This document shows, piece by piece, positions 57,762-64,000 of a stretch of DNA of 64,000 nucleotides. Positions within the stretch are counted from its first letter, which is position 1. The number at the start of each line of letters is the position of its first letter. The stretch lies in NCBI GenBank assembly GCA_965197905.1, contig CBDAOB010000005.1, forward strand, positions 832,001 to 896,000, in the 5' to 3' direction. The position numbers and the translations under genes are program-made. Source of the stretch: Candidatus Latescibacterota bacterium. GTDB lineage: Bacteria > Latescibacterota > UBA2968 > UBA8231. The notes beneath the pieces were generated by a model. That model worked only from the letters and a program-made list of their open reading frames with translations, was not told where the DNA came from and did not search any database.

Positions 57762-59747
57762 ATGTTTGACGATGTGAACAAAGGGGCCAAGGCGGTTCGC
57801 GAGGTTGAAGCCGGATCGACGGGAGATGCACCCGTCATCACCTTGAAGGCCCTCGTGCTGGGCACGCTCTCCGTAGGTGTCACCTTCCTCTACCTGATAC
57901 ACATCGGCCAGGGATACCGGGTGGGCAGCTACGTGCACTCCCTGTTTCCCATGGCCGCGTTCATGCCGTTCGTCGTCTGGCTGTTTCTCAATCTCTTCCT
58001 CAGAATCGTGGCGCCGCGAATCGCGCTCAAGCAGGGCGAGCTCCTCACCATCTTCTGCATGTTGTGGGTCGTTGGAACCCTGCCGCAACTCGGTTGGATG
58101 ACTTACTGGACATCGATCATGGCGGCGCCGAGTTATTTTGCCTCCGCCGAGAACAATTGGACTGAAGTGTTCTTCGACGTCCTTCCCTGGCATGTGTTCG
58201 CCAAAACCTCAACCCGGGTCATCGATCCTTTCTGGTTCGGGCTGCCGCAGGGCATGGAGATACCGTGGGAAGCCTGGTATCCGGCCATCGCGCAATGGCT
58301 TGGCGTATCGACGGCGATGGTCATGTTCGGGTATTGCCTATTCGCCCTGTTTCACAAGCACTGGAGCGAGGCCGAGAAGCTCGCTTTCCCGATCGCCCAG
58401 CTTCCTCTGGACCTGACCCGTGGGTTCGCGACGGGTGAACGCATCCCTCCGATCTTCCGTTCGGGCCGATTGTGGATCGGATTCTTCATCGTTTTCCTGC
58501 CGATACTCTACAATATTGCCACCTATTTCAGTCCGGGCTTGATGCCGATGGGAATTTACTGGGAAGCATATCGGATCGAATTCACCAGCGATTTGTCCCT
58601 CACCATTCGCATCCTGCCGCTGATTCTCGGACTCACCTATCTGTGCCCTGTGGACATCCTCGGCAGCCTCGTGGTTTTCCATCTAATCGGAACCCTGAAA
58701 GCGTGGACGATGACCCGGTTGGGCGTGACGGTGGGCACCGAAGGGCAACCGATGCCGGTTTTCGAGATACTCCACATGGAAAGCTACGGTGCGATGGTAT
58801 TTGTCGGACTCTGGTCCATATGGCTTGCCCGCTCCCACCTGGGCTGGATAGGGCGGCTGGTCTGGCAAGGGGGGCAGGATGTGCGTCAAACCACCATCTA
58901 CCGAGCGATCGTCGTGGGACTGGTGTTGTCCGCGGCGTATATCGTCGTCTGGTGTATGGGACTGGGAATGGGTTTCCCGCTGGCCGCCGGCAGTCTGTTG
59001 CTGATGAGCCTCACCTATTTCGTAACCGCAAAGCTGGTAGCGGCCACCGGATTCGCCTATCTGCTGCCAAACCGAACCTACTTGAAGGGAGACATGTTCG
59101 TGCTGGACCTGATCGGCTCAGCCCGTCTCTCTCACCGTCAGCTCATCGCCTACAAGGTCATGACCAGCAAGGCGTTCTTCGGCACCTTCAGGATACCGGC
59201 GTGGCCGGCTATTCCCCATCTGTTTCGAATGTTCTCCTTGGACAAGCAACCGGTGCGGGTAACGCTCATGGTACTCCTGGCCTTCCCCACAGGCTTTCTG
59301 GTAGCGTCCACGGCTACCATACAGCTGGCGTACGGCGATGGGGGATCTGTGTTTATGGGGGGTAAGGCGAATCAGGTATTCGAACAGATGGTGGAACTGA
59401 CGAACAACCCAAGAACCTCCACCGCCGGGAAATGGCTGGTCTGGGGGTTGGGGTGGGTGGAAGCAGCGGTCCTTGCCTTCGCGCGCAGTCGCCTCCATTG
59501 GTTTCCCGTGCACCCGATAGGTCTCGTTTTTCAAACCACCTTCGGCACCCGTTTGTATTGGTTCAGTCTACTGCTGGTCTGGATCGTGAAGCTGACGATC
59601 CTGCGGACGGGGGGTGCGAGTGCGTTCAGGCGTGGGAAACCCCTCTTCTACGGCATCGCGATCGGTTACGTTTCCGGCATAATCCTGTCGGTGGCCGTCG
59701 ATCTCATCTGGTTTCCAACCGAGGGTCATTCTTTGCACCACTGGTAG
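57762..59747 (+). CDS. DUF6785/DUF6784-type polytopic membrane protein
   Basis: 661 aa; W.E.EKLAFPIAQLP, WFPVHPIG, KPLFYG; paralog of 17138..19107. Confidence 0.75.
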   Translation: MFDDVNKGAKAVREVEAGSTGDAPVITLKALVLGTLSVGVTFLYLIHIGQGYRVGSYVHSLFPMAAFMPFVVWLFLNLFLRIVAPRIALKQGELLTIFCMLWVVGTLPQLGWMTYWTSIMAAPSYFASAENNWTEVFFDVLPWHVFAKTSTRVIDPFWFGLPQGMEIPWEAWYPAIAQWLGVSTAMVMFGYCLFALFHKHWSEAEKLAFPIAQLPLDLTRGFATGERIPPIFRSGRLWIGFFIVFLPILYNIATYFSPGLMPMGIYWEAYRIEFTSDLSLTIRILPLILGLTYLCPVDILGSLVVFHLIGTLKAWTMTRLGVTVGTEGQPMPVFEILHMESYGAMVFVGLWSIWLARSHLGWIGRLVWQGGQDVRQTTIYRAIVVGLVLSAAYIVVWCMGLGMGFPLAAGSLLLMSLTYFVTAKLVAATGFAYLLPNRTYLKGDMFVLDLIGSARLSHRQLIAYKVMTSKAFFGTFRIPAWPAIPHLFRMFSLDKQPVRVTLMVLLAFPTGFLVASTATIQLAYGDGGSVFMGGKANQVFEQMVELTNNPRTSTAGKWLVWGLGWVEAAVLAFARSRLHWFPVHPIGLVFQTTFGTRLYWFSLLLVWIVKLTILRTGGASAFRRGKPLFYGIAIGYVSGIILSVAVDLIWFPTEGHSLHHW

Positions 59748-59762
59748 CCTGCTGGGGCGAAC

Positions 59763-59794
59763 AAAAAAAGGGTGACGCCGATCGGCGCCACCCT
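59763..59794 (-). terminator. Rho-independent terminator of the cold-shock gene
   Basis: Minus strand AGGGTGGCGCC-GATC-GGCGTCACCCT followed by a T run. Confidence 0.85.
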
Positions 59795-59816
59795 CAATTC
59801 GCGATGCGACTCGGAG

Positions 59817-60026
59817 CTACATGGCCGTCAGATTCTCGGCGGCGGGCCCTTTTTGACCTTGCACGACCTCGAACTCCACGGTTTGTCCTTCGCGCAAGGT
59901 GCGGAAGCCGTCGCTTTGAATCACGCTGTGATGCACGAAGACGTCGTCGCCTCCCTCGCGCTCGATGAATCCATAGCCTTTCGTATCATTGAACCATTTT
60001 ACGGTTCCGGTTACGCGATCAGCCAT
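59817..60026 (-). CDS. csp: Cold-shock protein (CspA family)
   Basis: GTVKWFN..KGYGFI, DVFVHHS.I, GQKGPAA. Confidence 0.97.
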   Translation of the reverse strand: MADRVTGTVKWFNDTKGYGFIEREGGDDVFVHHSVIQSDGFRTLREGQTVEFEVVQGQKGPAAENLTAM

Positions 60027-60198
60027 GAGTGAATCTCCCTTCTCCGATAACGGGTGGTCAAGTTGAACAGTTCAATTCCACGCGTACTGGAATCGGGCGA
60101 TACACAGAACGAAGGAGCGAGACTGCCAACAGAATGTGGGTTGGAATATTGTTTCGAGCAAAACGAGGGCTAAGCAGGGTGGAACCTACAAAAACTAG

Positions 60199-60480
60199 CT
60201 AACGACCACCACCGGGGCCTCCGCCGGGGCCTCTCCGGCCGCGCCGATTCTGAGCCAGCTTCCTCTTTTCGGCGTGGGTCATATTCGCGAGCCTTTCGGC
60301 TTTCTTCTGGCGCCGAATGCTCTTTTGGAGATCGATCTTCTTCTGTACAGAGGGTTTTGTGTAGAACCGTTTATGCTTGAGATCCTTCAGGATTCCGGAC
60401 TTTCTGGTTTGCACCGAAAACCGCCGCAACGATTTCTCAAACGGTTCGTGGTCGCGCACCTGGACGCTGAAATTCGACAT
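60199..60480 (-). CDS. rpsU: 30S ribosomal protein S21
   Basis: V.VR..EPFEKSLRRF...KSGIL......FYTKPS; Gly/Arg-rich tail. Confidence 0.9.
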   Translation of the reverse strand: MSNFSVQVRDHEPFEKSLRRFSVQTRKSGILKDLKHKRFYTKPSVQKKIDLQKSIRRQKKAERLANMTHAEKRKLAQNRRGRRGPGGGPGGGR

Positions 60481-60550
60481 CTAACTCTCCTGCTATGGAC
60501 TCCGAATACGCTTCGGCTACAACTCCCAGCCGAGGACTAGCGAGACCGTA

Positions 60551-60579
60551 AGTATAAGGAAGAACATGCACACGTGCAA
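60551..60579 (-). promoter_or_regulatory. Sigma70-type promoter upstream of rpsU
   Basis: Minus strand TTGCAC-N17-TATACT about 70 nt before the ATG. Confidence 0.65.
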
Positions 60580-60684
60580 AGTCCTATCCGCTTTAGGTGT
60601 AATGCTTTTGACTCGAACCGGCTCGAGGAGCGTCGCAATTGTCGTGAGACACTGTTTTCATTGGCGAAATGAGAAAAGAGGCGC

Positions 60685-61695
60685 TCACGAGCCCAATGGG
60701 AGATCAACCCTGACGTTGCCCAGCCGCTGGGATTCGAGAATACCGAGCATCACGTCGACAACCTTCTTCGCAACGCTTCCGGGGCAGAGCGGAGCACGGC
60801 CCTCGTCGACGGCATGAATGACGTCCTGCACGCTGAGGCCGATGCCGGGACCCGCCCCCTCTTCCCCTAACTCCAGAAGTGATGTCTGCTCATCCTTGGT
60901 CAAGGTGCACCGGGTGCCCGCGATGGTTGCGTTTACAGTGAGGTATCCGTCGGTCCCCACAACCTCGAAACGAACCTTCGGGGGCGGGGTTGTTTTCGGG
61001 CCACCGATGTAGACGCCGCGAACCCCATTCGAAAAGTGGATGTATCCGTGGGCACCTGGCTCGCTGGCTGGCACATGCCCTCCGTCACCGCGGTACTCGG
61101 TGTAATCCTCGTACCCTGCTTCCAGCTCCCCGAATACCCACTCCGGATCGGCGTCCGCGAACCAGCACATGAGGTCGATAATATGGGTTCCGTTGCGGAA
61201 GAGCATGGCGCGTTCGCCGTTGAGGATACCCACTATATTCTGCACCGGGCCGATGGCGCCGTCGTCGACGATTTCCCTGATCCGGTGCCAGTAGGGCATA
61301 AACCGTCGGGTATGGTCCACCGATAGCACCGTGTTGTTCCGCTCACACGCCTCCAGCATGCGCTCGCAGTCGGCAACGGTGGTCGCTAGCGGTTTTTCAC
61401 AGAGGATTCCCTTGATGCCGGCATTGGCGGCGTTGACCACCAGGTCGGCATGGGCGTGATCGGAGGTCGCCACCGTGACGAAATCCAGCTTCTCTGTGGC
61501 GATCATCTCTTGGTGATCCTTGTATAGAGCCAGGTCCGGCCAGGTCTCTTTCCAATGCTCCTTGAATTCGGTCAGCAGCTGATCGGAAAGATCGCAGCCG
61601 GCGACCAGATCGGCATTGTCCATGCCAACCAGACCCGCGGCGTGGGCGATGCCGATATTGCGACAGCCAATGACAGCTACGCGGTGTTTTGCCAA
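60685..61695 (-). CDS. Gfo/Idh/MocA family oxidoreductase
   Basis: VAVIGC..IG, CEKPLA, DHTRRF, GTHIID. TTG start after AAGGAG. Confidence 0.9.
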   Translation of the reverse strand: MAKHRVAVIGCRNIGIAHAAGLVGMDNADLVAGCDLSDQLLTEFKEHWKETWPDLALYKDHQEMIATEKLDFVTVATSDHAHADLVVNAANAGIKGILCEKPLATTVADCERMLEACERNNTVLSVDHTRRFMPYWHRIREIVDDGAIGPVQNIVGILNGERAMLFRNGTHIIDLMCWFADADPEWVFGELEAGYEDYTEYRGDGGHVPASEPGAHGYIHFSNGVRGVYIGGPKTTPPPKVRFEVVGTDGYLTVNATIAGTRCTLTKDEQTSLLELGEEGAGPGIGLSVQDVIHAVDEGRAPLCPGSVAKKVVDVMLGILESQRLGNVRVDLPLGS

Positions 61696-61796
61696 AACCT
61701 GCTCCTTCGTGGGGTTCGGGTGCGCTAGGGGGCCCGACGTTTGCGGGCACGTAAACTAATCCGCTGGCTTTGCCGGTCAATCGGCGGTCGTTGAAC

Positions 61797-61826
61797 TTGA
61801 CAATGCCAGAGCCTTCTTGATAGGAT
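61797..61826 (+). promoter_or_regulatory. Sigma70-type promoter for the glycoside hydrolase-like gene
   Basis: TTGACA-N18-TAGGAT with TG extension, 28 nt before ATG 61855. Confidence 0.6.
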
Positions 61827-61854
61827 GTTCGCACGCGAACGAAAGGACAATACC

Positions 61855-64000
61855 ATGCCCGGTGTCGGCTCTACCGAAGAGAGACTGAAGGAAAAACCGT
61901 ACGAAGCCCGGGTTTGTCGCCTGGAGCGCTACCCCAACTGCCTGCCCTCGATACATCGCACTCAAGAGGAGCGGGACGAGGCGCGGGCGGCCGCCGTGTC
62001 CATGGAGGAGGAGATTGAGGCGATGCTGGCCATCGGTGTGGACGTGTGGGTGATCGGCGGCCAGCGGGACCGTGGATGGCCGCTGTTTCAGTCGAAGATG
62101 GTCGATCCGCCCGAGGATGTGGATTTCGAATCCACCCACAGGTTTATCGATCTGGCCCACGAGAAGGGCATGATCTTGCTTTCCTACTACCCGTTCATTT
62201 TCACCAAACCCCTCATGGAGAAACATCCCGACTGGATGATCGGCATGCTGGATGACGGGGGTGAGGAGGTTTGGAACGAAGGCTGGTTCTGCTGGAACTC
62301 TCCGTACCGCGACTGGCTCGGCGACTACATGGTCGAGCTGCTCGACTGCCTGGATCTGGACGGCCTCTATTTGGACGACATGAACTGGGGATCCCACTCC
62401 GACGAAGGTCAACGACGAACCGGAGGCTGCACCTGCAAGTACTGCCGGCAGCTCTACCTCGAAGAGACCGCCAAGGAGCTGCCGACCCGGGTCGACATGA
62501 GGGATGTGGAATTCAAGCGCTACGTAAACTGGCGCTACGAAAAGTTCTGCGAAGGGGTGCGGCACGTGAACAAGAAGATCCACCAGGCGCACCCCCACGC
62601 CATCGTCGATGTCAATTACTACGGTCGCCCGTACGGCGCGCCGGACATCGGCTGGAAGTCGGCTCACCCCATGAACCGAATCGATCTGGACAGTTACCTC
62701 TTTGTCGAGGCGGGGCTCGACAACCTCGGATGGTCGGTGCCGGCCAAGCTCTGCCATGCGCACGGTACCTCCTTCGGAATGCTCCAGTTCCAGAGCCAGT
62801 CGTTGCCGGAAGGGGCATCTCAGAGCGCCCCGTTCCCGGAGCCGTACTCGTCTGCCCTGTGTGGGTTGACAGCCGTCGCCCACGGCGGCGCCTACATCAA
62901 CTGCGCCATTCAGATTACCAGTGGGGGCGAGCACTCGCTTTACACGGATGCGGCGAAGTACGTCAACGACGAGATGAAGAAGCTGCAACCGTATGTGGAA
63001 CGGGAGTCAGTGAAACATGTGGCCATGCATTTCTCGCAACAGACACGCGATTTCGGCTATCCGAATGCGCCGGACGATTTCTGGCGGGCGATCAAAGGGT
63101 ATCATCAGATGCTCAGTCGTTCCCAGTGCCTGATCGACTACGTCTTCGACGGCGAGCTGACCTATCAAACCATCGCCGACTATCCGGTTTTGGTGTTGCC
63201 AAACAGCAGCTGTCTGACCAGCGCGCAGGCGGAAGATATTCGCCGCTACGTGGAGGATGGTGGAACCCTGGTGGCGACCCACGAATCCTCGCTCCTGGAC
63301 GAGCTCGGCGAAAAGCGTGAGACCCTGCTGCTTGCCGATACCCTCGGCGTCGACTACGAAGGACCGGATGCCGTAGAGCAGCGAGAGGCGAACGAGACTG
63401 ACGCTCTGTGGGAGAAGAACTGGTTCGGCAGCGTCGTCGAGCGCTCCGAATGCGCCACCTATCTTCCCCACGACGAGGGGGTACGAGAAGCGTGCGGCAA
63501 GCTCATCGCCTTTGGAGCACCCCAGTCGAGAGTCAAGGCACGCTCGGGCACCGGCGTCCTATGCACCAAAAGCACCTTGATGTGGACCAAGAATCCGCCG
63601 CTCTACCATTACAATCCGGCCAAAAACCAAGACTCGGGGATCCCCACCATAACGGTGAACCATGTTGGCAAGGGCCGCGCTATCTATATCGCCGCCGATA
63701 TGGGCAGCGGTTACGAGCGGAATCCGCTGCCGCAGACAAAACGCTTGTTCGCGTACCTGGTGGGATTGGCAAATGCCCCGCTGGAGATCGCCGGACCAGG
63801 CGTGGTCGAAGTGACGGCGTGGAAGCGTTCAGAGGATGAAACGGCGATTCATCTCTTGAACAACTCCACTCGCAACGCACCCTGGGGCACGGCTCGTGGC
63901 GTACTCGGTACCCACTTCTACGTTGAGGAACTGATCCCGGTGCGCGATATCCGAGTTCGGGCCAACGGTTCGAAGATCTCGCGGGTCTGGCTGCCGTTCA
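61855..64000 (+). CDS. Glycoside hydrolase-like protein (GHL6-like barrel plus GH42 trimerisation-like domain), truncated by the window end
   Basis: Not in the ORF track because there is no stop. Manual translation: HPDW, CWNSPYRD, LDGLYLD, GCTCKYC, YPVLVLPNSSCL...IRRYVEDGGTLVATHESSL, GKGRAIY. Confidence 0.75.
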   Translation, partial: MPGVGSTEERLKEKPYEARVCRLERYPNCLPSIHRTQEERDEARAAAVSMEEEIEAMLAIGVDVWVIGGQRDRGWPLFQSKMVDPPEDVDFESTHRFIDLAHEKGMILLSYYPFIFTKPLMEKHPDWMIGMLDDGGEEVWNEGWFCWNSPYRDWLGDYMVELLDCLDLDGLYLDDMNWGSHSDEGQRRTGGCTCKYCRQLYLEETAKELPTRVDMRDVEFKRYVNWRYEKFCEGVRHVNKKIHQAHPHAIVDVNYYGRPYGAPDIGWKSAHPMNRIDLDSYLFVEAGLDNLGWSVPAKLCHAHGTSFGMLQFQSQSLPEGASQSAPFPEPYSSALCGLTAVAHGGAYINCAIQITSGGEHSLYTDAAKYVNDEMKKLQPYVERESVKHVAMHFSQQTRDFGYPNAPDDFWRAIKGYHQMLSRSQCLIDYVFDGELTYQTIADYPVLVLPNSSCLTSAQAEDIRRYVEDGGTLVATHESSLLDELGEKRETLLLADTLGVDYEGPDAVEQREANETDALWEKNWFGSVVERSECATYLPHDEGVREACGKLIAFGAPQSRVKARSGTGVLCTKSTLMWTKNPPLYHYNPAKNQDSGIPTITVNHVGKGRAIYIAADMGSGYERNPLPQTKRLFAYLVGLANAPLEIAGPGVVEVTAWKRSEDETAIHLLNNSTRNAPWGTARGVLGTHFYVEELIPVRDIRVRANGSKISRVWLPF

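Noticed and set aside
4576..62988. Long antisense or overlapping ORFs (e.g. 4576..5826 +, 14804..15799 +, 28841..30040 -, 43838..44869 -, 61777..62988 -)
   Set aside because: They lie opposite well-supported genes, show no motifs, and are expected shadows of high-GC codon usage.
1..64000. CRISPR array, tRNA, rRNA, transposase or integrase
   Set aside because: No regularly spaced repeats, cloverleaf or recombinase motifs found by eye. Repeats inside 33336..36759 are FG-GAP coding repeats.

Overview
GC-rich (roughly 60% by eye) bacterial window dominated by catabolic and accessory genes. It holds ten PhyH-family Fe(II)/2-oxoglutarate dioxygenases (two fused to HEAT repeats), four large DUF6785/DUF6784-type polytopic membrane proteins, and many carbohydrate-active or sugar-acid enzymes without obvious signal peptides (uxuA, GH29 fucosidase, heparinase II/III-like, sialidase/BNR, GHL-type TIM barrels, aldolases, Gfo/Idh/MocA). 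It also has secreted FG-GAP/ASPIC and propeller proteins with a C-terminal PNPFN/FlgD-Ig domain, a DUF1800-DUF1501-NHL trio, and rpsU plus a cold-shock gene. This content suggests a Latescibacterota/Poribacteria-like organism (inference only). Main structural observations: (1) a duplicated PhyH-DUF6785-PhyH cassette, the best candidate for an undescribed uptake-plus-oxidation system; (2) a degenerate direct repeat at 25.1 and 41.55 kb in which each copy keeps the opposite member of an ancestral convergent gene pair, bracketing a 16.4-kb mosaic block that ends in a low-GC gene; (3) a 169-bp MITE-like element with 30-bp inverted repeats just upstream of the fucosidase; (4) three genes each broken by a single-base frameshift. 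No rRNA, tRNA, CRISPR array, transposase or integrase was seen. Family names come from motif recognition by eye, not database searches.
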